Assembly (NCBI GenBank): GCA_964016885.1
Contig: OZ024742.1
Location: 355,446,001-355,510,000, forward strand
Source: Eledone cirrhosa
Taxonomy: Eukaryota
Length of the DNA: 64,000 nucleotides
Reading direction: 5' to 3'
A program made the translations under genes and the position numbers. Each line of letters opens with the position of its first letter. Within the stretch, counting starts at the first letter, position 1. The notes below the pieces were generated by a model that made no database searches, had not been told where the DNA came from, and was given only the letters and a program-made list of their open reading frames with translations. Positions 26,696 to 42,023 of this stretch are shown here, one piece after another.

Positions 26696-27539
26696 TGTAC
26701 ATCTCACCTACGTCGGACGGTCTGTACCTTTTGCTTATGAAATCCACCCACCTTGTGCTGACCGGACAACCATGTTGCTTGTTTTTTTTCCATCTTTGGT
26801 TTGCTTTTATCCTTCTATGTTGTTTACTTGTCCCCCCTCGCTTTACGCGATTTACTGGTCCCAATAACTTGTTTTAGTTATTGCTCGCGCCAACCTGATG
26901 TATATGATTTTTAATGCGATGACATACCAATGATGGTTGGAAAATCACTGACGAAGGACTATGTTTACATATGTAACCGATGTGCAACCACGCAGTATTC
27001 TTCTTTCTTTTCGTGTTTTTTATATATATTTACCTCGGCTGCGTTTGTCTGTTTCTCTCTTACTGCTTCCCCGTTCTCTCTATTTCTCTCACCTTCTTTC
27101 GCCCCCTCTGTCAGTTAGACTTTCTCTCAACTGACCGCTTCCTCGCACTTCCACTCACTCACTCTCTGTTTCTTCCCTTCTCACTTCCTCTCGTTTGGCT
27201 TACCGTGGGTCTCTTCTTGCTTACATCTCACTCACGTCGGACGGTCTGAACCTTTCGATCATGAAATCCACCCAGCTTATGCTGAACGGACAACCATGTT
27301 GCTTGTTTTTTTACCCATCTTTGGTTTGCTTTTATCCTTCTATGTTGTTTACTTGTCCCCCCTCGCTTTACGCGATTTACTGGTCCCAATAATGTTTTTA
27401 TCTATTGCTCGCGCCAACCTGATATATATGATTTTTAATGCGATGAAATACCAATAATGGTGGGAAAATCACTGACGAAGGACTATTTTTATCATATGTA
27501 ACCGATGTGCAACCACGCAGTATTCTTCTTTCTTCTCAT

Positions 27540-27545
<6 letters not shown>
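26696..27545 (+). repeat. 1.6 tandem units (~525 bp), each with a candidate type III HHR (26897-26988, 27421-27513)
   Basis: Direct repeat 26696-27025 vs 27222-27545, (TA)n on both sides. Confidence 0.75.
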
Positions 27546-27580
<35 letters not shown>

Positions 27581-28038
27581 AAACACATACATGCATGATC
27601 TTCTTACACATTAAATACTTGTTTATACTTTAACATTGTATCTTACTCGAAATTGACTAATTTGTGAGTTGCTACAATTGTGACAGGAGGTTTGGAAATC
27701 CCTGACCATTAACGGTGTTTTCCCACCATGTGGAATAGAGATTTACATCAAATTAAATGTATCTTTAACACTGTGGGACATATGTGAAAACAACTCCTCT
27801 TCCGGTGCCTTAGAAAATAGATAGTTCATAACTAATGATTGATTACTTAGTTAATTTGTTTTGATTTGATCTTCTTGACCATAAAACAGTGGTGTAAGGA
27901 CGAAAATAACTTTTTACCGCCGTAAATTACGTATACTTTTCTGCATACTATTTGCTTCAAATATATTTGTAGAAAATTCTGTTTCTCAAAATATATGACA
28001 TTCTCTCTTTCCATATAGCTTTTAAAAAGTATACACAA

Positions 28039-28076
<38 letters not shown>

Positions 28077-28264
28077 GTATGAAAATTTCGGGACCCCGAG
28101 TGAGGAGCTCGTGCTGTTTCCACAGCCAGATCCGATCCGATCTAACTGTTGAAACGGCAGTAGCCGTCGGGGGTCCTGATTTTTCATATTACCCACACAA
28201 CTATTCTTAGTGTCAAGTACTCCGGTGAGTTATGGTCTAACTGATTTTTACTGCATTCATTCTG

Positions 28265-28434
<170 letters not shown>

Positions 28435-28479
28435 TTTATAAATTACACAGTTATCAACGGCATGTTCAATTTATTTAAT

Positions 28480-28526
28480 TGCTGACGATCGTTTCTTCCA
28501 AACTTTCGTTTGGAGTTATCGGAGCA
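28480..28526 (-). ncRNA. Type I hammerhead, U4C variant (element B); degraded partner at 31750-31796
   Basis: UGCU-CCGAUAA-C-UCCAAAC GAAA GUUUGGA-A-GAAA-CGAUCG-UC-AGCA; two-arm consensus core CCGAUGA. Confidence 0.65.
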
Positions 28527-28556
28527 TTAGCAATGTGTGTACATATAATTAACCTC

Positions 28557-29600
28557 GTATTCCTACCTATAAAGTCACATAGTTACAACATTATATCTCA
28601 CAATATGACCATGAGGAAAAATAATAAAAGTACTAGCCACTCTAACTCTAATACGAAGTGTAATATCAAACCTAACTCGCACCAAAGTAAACACCACAAT
28701 AATAATATAAACACGAATACAAATATTTCAAAAATCATTACAAATACAAAAAACAAAAATAGAAGAAGAACTAATACTTTCTTCAACCTCCCTTTCAATC
28801 TAAACGTCTCTACAAACTTACCTAAGTCTTTCTTCTCAATCCTTGAAAAAACCTTCCCATCCGGCCAGAAATATCATAATCTTATCAATAAAAATACCAT
28901 TAACATATCTTACTCTACCACACCTAACACCGCGTACCATATAGCTAGTAGTAATAAAGGGAAGAATAATAATTATTTCCAACTAATTAAAACACAACAG
29001 AAGGTAAACTTAGTACCTGTAAATCCTAGTAGTAATAGTAATAATGGTAATAGGACTAATGAAATCAATAACAATAGGAATCACAACCATCATTACCCTA
29101 ATGCTATCCCAAGCAACCAGTCTTCTACACAACATAGTAACCGGCAAGCAAATATCCAGAATAAATGTAACTGTAGAACTAATAGTACTTGCCCCTTAGG
29201 TAATAATTGCTTAATCAAAGACATCATTTACTCATACGCGGTCAACGCAAACAACTCTTCTAAAACGTATATTGGCTCTACTTCAAACTGCTTCAAGACG
29301 AGATACAAGTCGCACATCCACTCTTTCAAAAAACGCAATCTAGCCAACTCCACTTCTTTATCTAGCTACATACACTCTCTCAAAACTAGGAAGAGACCAT
29401 ATACAATTCAATGGGAAGTAGTAGATAGGGCCTCATCGTATAAACCACCGAATACATTGTATAACCTCTGTCTTCTAGAGACCCGTACTATAATCCTTTC
29501 GAAACTAGATCTCCTAAATAGAAAACAGAGGTGTTTTCCTCATGCCAGTACCACTACCGACACTCGTTCCATAACTTTAAACCTAGCTGCTAGTATATAA
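28557..29600 (+). pseudogene. PLE linker + GIY-YIG endonuclease (RT missing)
   Basis: FFNLPF, SYSTTPN, CNCR..CPLGNNC, IIY..YIGSTSNCFKTRY.SH, LCLLE; close relative of the 45142 ORF. Confidence 0.85.
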
Positions 29601-29740
29601 CAATGTCAGATTTGAATTCCTCACCACCTTTAACACTTCAGCTGTAGGACTTATCAGCCCGCACAGCATCACACTCATTAATGAGCTCGTTCCTCTACAC
29701 AACTCATATTAATCTCAATCCTTATACTCTACAATAACTA

Positions 29741-30617
29741 TCTATATATATAAAACTGAGGATGTCTGTCAGGGTGTGTGTGAGTTCGAATCCCTAAACA
29801 CGAGAACCACCAAACCGACTGTTTTCAAACTTTACACATGTAATACTTATGTTCAGTGAGTGCTCTGAGTAAAAGAAACTTCAAAGTGTCAATGCCCTAG
29901 GAACCACATTAGCTGATTTCGCGATCTCGCTCAATAATTCTTAATCTTTCTCTTTTTAGATAGCTACATACATATAACGTCGCGCCCTTATAATATATGT
30001 CTGTATGTCTGACTGTCTGCATTACGCCACTTCCCTGAGGATGTATGTCTGTCTGTTTGTGTCCCTGTCTGTGAGTTTGAATCCCTAAAACTGAAGAAGC
30101 ACCCAACCGATGTTTTTTTCAAACTGTACATGTGTATTACTTATGTTTCAGGTAGTGTTATTCACATACAAAAATGTAACTTTTTTTATGTCCCATGGTC
30201 CGCATTGGGTGAAAACCCGTTTTTAAAGAATGTTAGGGTTTTTTGGGGGCGTTACGTCAGACCGATTTCCTTGAAATTGTAACTATGTATTAGTCAGTCT
30301 TTTCTTCATACCGTAAGCAAAGAAAATCCAACTTTCGTATTAGGTGAAAAACTTCATTTGTTCTGCTTCTTAGGGGTTTTGGGAGGCGTTACGTCTAGCC
30401 GACTTTCCTGAAATTTCAAGGCATATTATGCACATTAAAAATATTCATTTTCTTAATCCCCCAGGGCCCGCATTAGATGAAAACCTGCATTTTTCCTGCT
30501 TCATCGAGAAAAATCTTAAAGATAACCAGCCATCAAAGTACTTTTCCACGATTAGGTCTGTTGGTGGCTCGGGATCCAAAATACCTTGTCCCGTGCAACG
30601 CCGTGTACCACTCCTAG
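29741..30617 (+). mobile_element. Non-autonomous Helitron nested in PLE B 3' UTR
   Basis: A|TCTATATATATAAAACTGAG...CCCGTGCAACGCCGTG..CTAG|T. Confidence 0.8.
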
Positions 30618-32055
30618 TTCGAAATAAACATAAATTTACCACCTTTTAATATAACTACTATTGCTTACTTACGTGATATACAGTAATGGATATATAATAT
30701 GTAGAGACATTTAATCTAATATGTAATAATAAATTATATATACATTTATAATTAAATCTATAAATTAATAGCATTGTATATAAGGGATTAACTTTTAACA
30801 CAATATAATATATATTATTAACTAACGCAAGAGCTTTAACTAATTGGGCATGTAAACATCTATACGTTTTCCATAACTTATATCTTGTCCAGTAATGGAT
30901 AGATAACTATCTAATGAGACCTTTAATGTATTATAGGAAAATAGACTGTATTTAAAATTAAGTATAAATATATAACATTATGTAAATGAGATGCACTCGT
31001 ATCACAATATAATGTGTATTAGAGCAAAGAATTTAAATAATTGATACTTTCCTATATATTTAAATTTAATCTAATTAGCTAGTTACCCCCCCCCCCCCTT
31101 ACGCATTAGCTCCCCTTATTCTTGGATCTCATACTCACTTCCGGAAATAAATGGTTAGAAAAACTACCTGTGGAACAATTATAATCCATGAATAAGAATA
31201 CCATAAGACCAATATGCAATCCATTGCTGTAACTACCTAAAAACATTCAATATAAACATAAACTAAAATATAATTCAACATATGAAATGGAAAAGATAAC
31301 AATAACTTAGATATTCTCAACAAACAAATTTGAACACTACAGTAACTATCATCACATTACACCATCATTTTTAATACACTAACATATTTGCTTGGCATTT
31401 TATGTGATACCTTTTTCATATAGTATTTATTTACTTATTTGTTCATAATTTCTTAGTACCTTTGCTTGCTTCCTTCTCATATATGTGACGGTTGCATAGG
31501 TACTGCTAGTGACCTCATTCTTTCTCAATACCTCTTTAATTATTATACTATTCCCATGTATTATCTGTCGCATGTATTCCACTGTGTGCTTTTAAATTTA
31601 ATTTTAATTTTTGTACAATTCTCGTATAATAGATGTCGCATCCATTACACCCTATAAATACGAAACTGTTGTTCACAACATAAATATATATGTATCTATA
31701 TGATGGTTCAGTTAAATAGGAGGTTAATTATATTTACAGACATTGCTAATGCTCCAATGGCTCCAAATGAAAGTTTGGAAGAAACGATTGTCAACAATTA
31801 AATGATTTGAACCAAACTTTAATAATTGTGAAATTTATAATTTATATTCCTGCTCTGTATAACACCTGATGTTCTTACTGGTAAGAGTTGTTTATAGTGT
31901 ATACATAGCTATGAATAGTATCTGGCACAAGGCCAGCAATTATCCACTGTATTACTGATACTTTATTTTACGGGGCCGATAAAATAAAGTACCAGTAATA
32001 CACTGTTTAATTTGCTGGCCTTGTGCCAAAAGCAGAATCAATTAGTATTATTATA

Positions 32056-32130
<75 letters not shown>

Positions 32131-32160
32131 CGCCTATGGAAGCATCTTAGCTACCATCTG

Positions 32161-32257
<97 letters not shown>

Positions 32258-32565
32258 TTTACATACACACATACTTATATAAATATGTCTGTGTGTGTGT
32301 TTTTGCATTTATGAATATGATGCACTTTTACTCAGTTAATTGTATACAATTTTTTAATAAAAATTATTATCCAAATTTATGTTCACCAGACATTGTGAAT
32401 TCAACTGACAGAATTTTCCCCAATTTGTTTTAAATTCTCTAAAGTAAAGCATTCAAAACTCCTCTCAAATTGTAATTAATGGATAGAGCGCAGGAGCCTG
32501 GCGAGTGATGCTGTGTTCAAAACACGACAGAATGAAAATTTAATTAACCTGTTGCAAAGTGAGGT

Positions 32566-32611
<46 letters not shown>

Positions 32612-32614
<3 letters not shown>

Positions 32615-34208
32615 CCTTTGACAGAGACCATGTTCCATTATCTGGTGGGCTCTTAGAAAACTAGGTGTTGATGAATGGCTTGTGAGAGCTATACAAGCCA
32701 TGTATAAAGAAACAGTCAGCAAGGTTTGAATTAACAACGAATATAGTGAAGAGTTTAGCGTAAACGTTGGTGTTCATCAGGCCTCCATTCTTAGACCCCT
32801 ACTATTTATTATTGCCCTTCAGGGTATAACAGTGGAGTTCAAGACCGGCTGCCCATGGGAACTCCTATACGCAGATAATCTAACGCTCATTGCTGAATCA
32901 ATGGCTGCACTAGAGAAGAAATTCCAAACATGGAAGCATGGCCTAGAATCAGAAGGCCTTAAAATTAACCTGTCTAGGACTAAAGTTCTAGTTTGTAGGA
33001 AGGAAAATAGGGCCCCGGTCCCATCTGGGAAACGGCCATGCTCAGTGTGTAAGAAAGGAGTAGGCAGAATCTCCATTTTATGTCCCAAATGCAAAGTATG
33101 GGTGCGTAAAAGATGTAGTGGGATCACAGGTAAGCTAACTAAGAATATAGAATTTATGTGGCCGGTGCTCTGATGCAATAAGTAGCAGCAAGTGCCCACA
33201 AAATACTAGCTCATTCCATTGCACATATGGTTCTATAGAAATAGTGGACACCTTCCGTTACTTGGGTGACAGAATCAGCAGTGGAGGAGGGTGCTCTGAA
33301 AATACAGTAGCTAGATTCAGAACTGGATGGAAAAAGTTCCGAGAGCTTATACCTTATTAGCCGCTAAAGGGTTCTCTCAAAAAATGAAAGGCAGGCTGTA
33401 TGATGACTGCATACAGACGGCAATGTTACATGGCAGTGAGACATGGGCATTGTGTGCAGAGGATATACGCAGGCTGGAGAGGAACGAAGCTTGCATGCTC
33501 CGCTGGATGTGTAATTGTAATATACGTGAACGGCAAAGCATAAACGAACTAAGGGAGAAATTAAAATAAGAGGGTCAGAGGTTGTTTACTCGAGAGAAGT
33601 CAACGTTGGTATGGTCACGTGATGCGCATGAAAGACGACAGCTGTATAAAAAATTGCAGGGCAATACAAATTGACGGTAGCCACGGAGTGTGCAGACCCA
33701 GAAAAACCTGGGACGACTTGATAAATTCCGACCTGACACACTTACACTTCTCCAAGACAATGTCACTGGACCGGGATCTTTGGCGCTACACAATAATACA
33801 GAAGACCCGCCTATATAAGTACAAAGTGAAACCTACTACAGTCAGTAGGCACCTCTAACCAAAATACACCACCGTCCCACTACCCCCACCCCATCCACAC
33901 CACCCCTTTCAATGTAAAGTTATGTTGGAACCACAACATCCAGTCCGAAACAAATGAGGTTGTGTAGGTGTCACGACAAAAAAACACACAGTCCACGCTG
34001 TAATGTGCCCGTGTAGGTAACACGGTAAAAACCTCCCAGTCCACACTGTAAACGTGGTTGGTGTTAGGAAGGGTATCCGGCCGTAGACAACCCGTCAGAC
34101 AGTCCTACGAGAGCAAACAACCACTCTTGCCTCAAGTGGTAAACTCCCGTCCAAACCCATGCAAGCGTGGAAGATGGACGTTAAACGATGATGATGATGA
34201 TGATGATA
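32612..34208 (+). mobile_element. 5'-truncated RTE-like LINE with (GAT)n tail
   Basis: AFDR, GVHQ, LLYADNL, C-x2-C..C-x2-C..W..RCSG, FRYLG, MLHGSETW; ends GGACGTTAAACGATGATGATG. Confidence 0.85.
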
Positions 34209-34375
34209 TATATGATGGATAGTCCTGGCTTCTCTTTCTAATTTGTATTCATATGTATCACCTCGCAACAACACAGCACACCATTATTCATTCCTATATA
34301 TATATATAGAGAGAGAGAGAGAGAAAGAAAGATAGATAAATATACACGGGTGTGTATGATTGTGTATAGAAGATT

Positions 34376-34763
34376 ATATTAATAAGAGGAATTCCAACTT
34401 TGTCTGATTTACTCGTTTTATTTACAATCCTTTAAAATTTATAATGGTATTATCACGAAATAGTATGATACAATATTAAATGTTAAGTGTTAATTGAACA
34501 AGTACTTTCATGCTTTCGCAATCTTCTGGTTCATAATGTGTGGTAACAGTCAAGTTTGCCATTTTCAACAGTTGAAAATTGCAAACTTGACTGTCACCAC
34601 ACATTATGAACCTGAAGATGGCGAAAGCATGAACGTACTTGTTCAATTAACACTTAACATTTAATATTCTATCATACTATTTCATTATAATACCATTATA
34701 AATTTAAAGGATTGTAAATAAAATGAGTAAATCAGACAAAGTTGGAATACCTCTTATTAATAT
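34376..34763. repeat. Near spacer-less fold-back with a minimal HHR in each arm (34495-34533 minus; 34607-34645 plus)
   Basis: UGAAC-CUGAAGA-UUGC GAAA GCAU-GAAA-GUAC-UU-GUUCA consensus; single intact copy at 59544. Confidence 0.85.
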
Positions 34764-34788
34764 ATATATATATATATATACAAATATA

Positions 34789-34854
<66 letters not shown>

Positions 34855-34860
34855 AATATA

Positions 34861-34912
<52 letters not shown>

Positions 34913-35014
34913 TATAACTTATATATATATAAGTTATTCCAGGTTGAGTCGAAGGTAACCACAGTAATTAAGGTACTCAATACATAGCAGAGTATAAAAG
35001 TGTTAATATAGAAG

Positions 35015-35065
35015 AGCTTCTACAGGACTAGAACTTTTTCATTCGTGAGAAATCATCAGGAAGCT
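35015..35065 (-). ncRNA. Type I hammerhead
   Basis: AGCUUC-CUGAUGA-UUUC UCAC GAAU-GAAA-AAG..CUG-UA-GAAGCU (one stem III mismatch). Confidence 0.65.
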
Positions 35066-35409
35066 AAGTGCCCAAGTAAAAATGGTGGTATTAATATGTT
35101 TTCTGGTGGTAGGAGAGGGTGGGGAGTGGGATGGGTGTAGGTCGTTGGTTGAAAGTGAAGGGAATTATTTAAAAGCTAATTCTTTAAAGATATAATTTAT
35201 ATTTAGAGTGACAAAGGGTGGAAGAATTATTAAGCAAGTTCAAATTTGGGGTGCCTCTACTTCATGTCAAGTTTCTCTTAAGCTTTATTTCATGTATCGG
35301 CAAGTGCATTCGCACACACACAGTATAACATAGATATACATATATATACATATATACACGTACACATACATACACACATATATATATACATATATATATA
35401 TATAAATAA

Positions 35410-35515
<106 letters not shown>

Positions 35516-35992
35516 GATATTAATAAATGGAAACTATATTTATAAAACCATATTTATTTCATTATACATATTTCAGGGATACCATATTAAATTATGGTAT
35601 ACCTTCATCAGACAAAATACAATATATATCAGTTTTACAAATAACTTTGACGTACCCTTTTAAAATACGACCATTACTTTTGGAGGCTGTCTGGATAGTG
35701 AAATGTTTATATTGTTTTAATAGAGTCATAGTGTTAAGCACAATTAGAAAAAGACGGAGATAAAGAAAAAGAAAAAAGACGGAGAGATAGAAAAGAACAA
35801 AGACGGAGAGAGAGAAAGAAAAAGAAAGAAAACCTGGAGAAATATCGGAGAGAGAGAGAAATGTATGGAGAAAAGAAAGAGATAAATAAAGATAGGAGGA
35901 AATAAAAAATAAAAAATAAAACTTGTCGAGTGCTTTATACCAGCTATAAAAATATTTACTTGTTGTATCCCAACAACTTTAAATAGAACTTT

Positions 35993-36105
<113 letters not shown>

Positions 36106-36355
36106 ACATACATACTTATACAAAGACACACAAATACATATACATATATGTATATATAGTTAACTTTTACTCCCACACATAAACACAAACCAAACTCCTT
36201 TACCCATATATACACACCCACACAGACACACACGCACACGCACATAAACACACACACACATATACATACATATATATAAATATATATATATATATATATT
36301 ATAATAAAAAAAATGACAGGAGGCTGGACTTGTGTAAATCCTTTAAATATTTAAT

Positions 36356-36413
36356 ATATTATGATCATTTCAATGACCGGGTTCCGTATGAATCCGGTGA
36401 TATCATCAGGTAT
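36356..36413 (-). ncRNA. Type I hammerhead
   Basis: AUAC-CUGAUGA-CCGGAUUC/GAACCCGG-GAAA-UGAUCA-UA-AUAU (stem I first pair mismatched). Confidence 0.65.
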
Positions 36414-37598
36414 TCGAAATATAATAAATGAATGTAATAGATAAAATCCATGGGGCTGAAAATCAAAGACCGGAGGACGACCGATATCTAGCATCTTCCA
36501 ATTTTGCCGGTCGCCCTCAAGTGAGGGGGCTAAACTTATAGTGTGCTACTACTGATCAAATAAAGGAAAACAGAAAGGGAGAGGTAGATAAGTCAGCGTT
36601 AATATCATGCCACAAGAAAATAGACAGAAAGAAGGGGGAAGCGAAGGAAGAAGAATAAAAGTCAGGCTTAATGTCGAGCTACAAGAAGTAAGACAGAAAG
36701 AAAGAGGAAGAAAAGTTGGTACTAATGTCAAACTACAGTCAGGCCAGGTATGGCGAGAAAAAAAAATTATTCTAAGGGACCCGTATCTTAAAAGAGGTAA
36801 ATATAGTGGGGGGAGGGTCTGCATGTTATAATGTGTGAGCAGAAGATTGGAACGTTACATTTTTGTTTAGATTTATAGGATGAAGTTAAAAAAATTAATA
36901 TTTAATGTTAACATTATAACATTAAAGAAATTAGAAAATTGAAAGTTAAACAGTTTAACGTTCTTAAGGTTTTGGTTGCGAGGTTTAAGCAAAGAAAGAG
37001 TCTTTTATGAAGAAACTTAAATTGTATTATAGAGTCAAGATTATGTCTTTGTTTAGCAGTCAAACAGCATGCGGCGACTACAGGCTTAAGCAGCCTATCT
37101 TAACCGCGTGTCACCCACTCCGAGTGAGATCGCCTAGCGAAAGATATAGAAATCAATATTTCCGAGCACTCTAGGAATGTATAACAGGCTTCAGGAGCGC
37201 CAGTGGGAAGTCAGCCCTCATCGTTAGGCCATCCTTGTACAAAACCAGTACTATTAATTTACCAAGGAGGGGGTTTTGTTTAAGTAGAGGGAGGCGTGAT
37301 ACATCTAATAGTTATGATTAGATCTGTAATTTAAAGTACTCTATTTTAACATAAAAACAGGTAGAATTCCCAAAACTAATCAGATCAGAGCAAACATCAC
37401 GAACGCTCTATCTCAAAATTATTCTTGAAAAGCATTAGAAATGCGCAACCGGTAAAAGTTCAAACCAAAACTGAATACTAACCAATACAATTACTAATTC
37501 TCACTTACTCCTAATTAAACTATTTTTCACTATGAACAATTTCTCAGCATTTTCTATTCCGTTTACCAATATATATATATATGTATACATATATATAT

Positions 37599-37675
<77 letters not shown>

Positions 37676-37881
37676 TATAAACATGCATACATATACATAT
37701 ACGCACATATATACAAACAAACACTTACACATACATACATACACATACATAATACACACATACACGCACATACACACGTATAAATATAAATAAATAAAAA
37801 CACATATATATACGCACACAATATAAAATACATACATACACACCCACATCTATATATATATACATATACACAAAAAAAATA

Positions 37882-37912
<31 letters not shown>

Positions 37913-38933
37913 ATACACACATATAAATATATATACATTTACACATACACACACGAATATACAAATATATACACATATATTTATATATACATATACATAT
38001 ATACATACACACATATATATATATACACACATATACATACATATACCTATATATACACACATATACACATATATATATATGTTTATATAAGTATATATAT
38101 ATATATATGTTTGTGTGTTTGTGTGTGTATGTGTGTGTGTATGTGTGTGCATATGTGTGTACCTGTGTGCCTGTTTGTGTGTGTGTATGTGTCTGTGTCT
38201 GTATTTATGTGAATGTATATTATTTATTTATTTCGAAGTGATCCGTGACTATCCTTCGGATGTCGTCACTTTGCTTTCAACATAAGTTCGTTTCCAGGTG
38301 GCATAAATCCCTTTATCATACCTGCATGTATATAATTTAAACAATGCAAATTAAAGGTGAAATTCGTTTGTTAATTAGTTGATGATAAATCGATATAGTA
38401 ACTAACCGATACTTGTTATATAAGTCTATATTTATCTCCATGATACTGTAGATCATACTCCCTCACTTTATCAAAGGATTGAGACTAATAAATTGGAGTT
38501 ACGTTACTAACATCAGTGAGTCACTATATCGATTTATCATGATCAATCACCCTTCTCAATACATTCTAAAACAATGAAATAATGAATCAGTAAATTTCAT
38601 CTTTTTTTTATATTGTTCAACATATACATCTGATACTCGAACTGGTTTGATTGCACAACGGAGTCCAGAAAACTTACTACAACAACAACAACAACAAGAA
38701 CTCTCATCAATTAATCTCGTTGGAAGTATTACATCCTGGACTATATGGTGTTCTGATTTTAGAGCGTTATTGACTCTCCATACACAGGAAATACAAACAT
38801 ATATATATATTTAATGGTCTACCATAGAGTCACTTCTGAGACTTATGTAGATAGTTTAATATTTGTATTTATATGATATATACATTTATATATATACATA
38901 TATTTATACACACACACACACACACACACACAG

Positions 38934-38965
<32 letters not shown>

Positions 38966-39086
38966 CCATATATATATATATATATATATATAACGAAGGA
39001 CATGTGGTAAGGAACCAGATGGATCATAACGCACCTAAGTACATAATATATAGGGTAGTAGAGTGGGTAATAGGAACGTTCGTATG

Positions 39087-39578
39087 TATATATATAAAGT
39101 TGTAGTTCCTGTCTATTTGTTCACGAACTCCTCCTATGGGTTTTGAGATAGAACCTCATACCCATATATATTCTGAATCTACATTGTCTAGGGTACTTGG
39201 ATAAGTACATGTTATTTAAATCAAAGGGTTCCCCTGAGGCACAAACCCCCACTGAACAATTTTACCCTTCTATTTATATGAAATTTATGCCATCTTGTCA
39301 GTTGACAAGATATGATGCCTATTCACAAAAGTTTTGATTAGATATTTTAAAGAAAATTATTTAAAAGAAACAAAATAAGAGTAAGATTTAATAATGTAAT
39401 TTTGATTTGATATATTATAAAAAATAATGTTTTCCAATTTTTCATGTATTACATTTTACATTGAGTATTATTGAAATCCAGAGTTTTTCTCCATAAATTA
39501 TATCAGATTTAAAATCAATCATCATTTTCATGCCAAAATAATGTGTGAAACACAGGAAGGCGCGGGTAATTCGGCAAG
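39087..39578 (+). mobile_element. Possible non-autonomous Helitron
   Basis: TATATATATAAAGTTG..GTCT start; GC-rich subterminal GGCGCGGG then GCAAG|T end. Confidence 0.4.
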
Positions 39579-39632
39579 TATATATATATACATATATATA
39601 AATATATATATACATATATATATGTATATATA

Positions 39633-42023
39633 TATAAAAGACGTAAAATAAGAAAATATTTTTTAAAAAATTTAAAAACATTTTTTACTTACTTACTTAA
39701 ATTTTCACTCCAACTAATTAGTTTCTGCAATGGGATAAAGACAGTTACATAATCCAACTGTCGAGAATTCATTGCGTCATCAGGGAGTCTATTCTCAGCT
39801 GAGTCTCCAGGCAATGCGCGGACACTGGCGGCTCATATAAAAATAATAATAATTCGGTAGAAAGAACAGCTGGCGAGGACTGGATTCTATGTACTGAAAT
39901 TCTCACTGCTTCTAGCAAATGGCCGATTCCAAAGAATCAATCATGCGACATAGAGGCTAGTTAGAAGGAATGGGATGGTAAGATGACTGACGCCTACTAA
40001 CACCCCAAAAAAAAATTTAGAAGTGGTTTTGGCAGGTTTGCTCGACAAATCAGTGATTTGGAGATAAATATAGATAATTTAATATATCAACTAACATAGG
40101 CGCACAGATGCACGTCCATGCCAGCAAATACACAGGTTATGTCATAGTACCTAGGTGGTTCAATGCAGGAGGGTGCAGAACAATAATATAAAAGACGTAA
40201 AATAAGAAAATATTTTTAAAAAAGTCTTAAAAAAATTTTTTACTTACTTACTTAAATTTTCACTCCAACTAATTAGTTTCTGCAATGGGATAAAGACAGT
40301 TACATAATCCAACTGTCGAGAATTCATTGCGTCATCAGGGAGTCTATTCTCAGCTGAGTCTCCAGGCAATGCGCGGACACTGGCGGCTCATATAAAAATA
40401 ATAATAATTCGGTAGAAAGAACAGCTGGCGAGGACTGGATTCTATGTACTGAAATTCTCACTGCTTCTAGTCAAATGGCCGATTCTAAAGAATCAATCAT
40501 GTGACATAGAGGCTAGTTAGAAGGAATGGGATGGTAAAATGACTGACGCCTACTAACACCCCAAAAAAAAAATTTAGAAGTGGTTTTGGCAGGTTTGCTC
40601 GACAAATCAGTGATTTGGAGATAAATATAGATAATTTAATATATCAACTAACATAGGCGCACAGATGCACGTCCATGCCAGCAAATACACAGGTTATGTC
40701 ATAGTACCTAGGTGGTTCAATGCAGGAGGGTGCAGAACAATAATATAAAAGACGTAAAATAAGAAAATATTTTTAAAAAAATTAAAAAAAAAATGTTTAC
40801 TTACTTAAATTTTCACTCCAACTAATTAGTTTCTGCAATGGGATAAAGACAGTTACATAATCCAACTGTCGAGAATTCATTGCGTCATCAGGGAGTCTAT
40901 TCTCAGTTAAGTCTCCAGGCAATGCGCGGACACTGATTCGTCGAGCAAACCTGCCAAAACCACTTCTAAATTTTTTTTTGGGGTGTTAGTAGGCGTCAGT
41001 CATCTTACCATCCCATTCCTTCTAACTAGCCTCTATGTCACATGATTGATTCTTTAGAATCGGCCATTTGACTAGAAGCAGTGACAATTTCAGTACATAG
41101 AATCCAGTCCTCGCCAGCTGTTCTTTCTACCGAATTATTATTATTTTTATATGAGCCGCCAGTGTCCGCGCATTGCCTGGAGACTCAGCTGAGAATAGAC
41201 TCCCTGATGACGCAATGAATTCTCGACAGTTGGATTATGTAACTGTCTTTATCCCATTGCAGAAACTAATTAGTTGGAGTGAAAATTTAAGTAAGTAAGT
41301 AAAAAATTTAAAAAAAATTTTTTTTAGAATATTTTCTTATTTTACGTCTTTTATATTATTGTTCTGCACCCTCCTGCATTGAACCACCTAGGTACTATGA
41401 CATAACCTGTGTATTTGCTGGCATGGACGTACATCTGTGCGCCTATGTTAGTTGATATATTAAATTATCTATATTTATCTCCAAATCACTGATTTGTCGA
41501 GCAAACCTGCCAAAACCACTTCTAAATTTTTTTTGGGGTGTTAGTAGGCGTCAGTCATCTTACCATCCCATTCCTTCTAACTAGCCTCTATGTCACATGA
41601 TTGATTCTTTAGAATCGGCCATTTGACTAGAAGCAGTGAGAATTTCAGTACATAGAATCCAGTCCTCGCCAGCTGTTCTTTCTACCGAATTATTATTATT
41701 TTTATATGAGCCGCCAGTGTCCGCGCATTGCCTGGAGACTCAGCTGAGAATAGACTCCCTGATGACGCAATGAATTCTCGACAGTTGGATTATGTAACTG
41801 TCTTTATCCCATTGCAGAAACTAATTAGTTGGAGTGAAAATTTAAGTAAGTAAGTAAAAATATTTAAAAAATTTTTTTTTAAATATTTTCTTATTTTACG
41901 TCTTTTATATTATTGTTCTGCACCCTCCTGCATTGAACCACCTAGGTACTATGACATAACCTGTGTATTTGCTGGCATGGACGTGCATCTGTGCGCCTAT
42001 GTTAGTTGATATATTAAATTATC

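Noticed and set aside
28479-28556. Hydrophobic signal-peptide-like N-terminus of the 373-aa ORF
   Set aside because: It is the antisense of the inverted HHR-containing tail arm.
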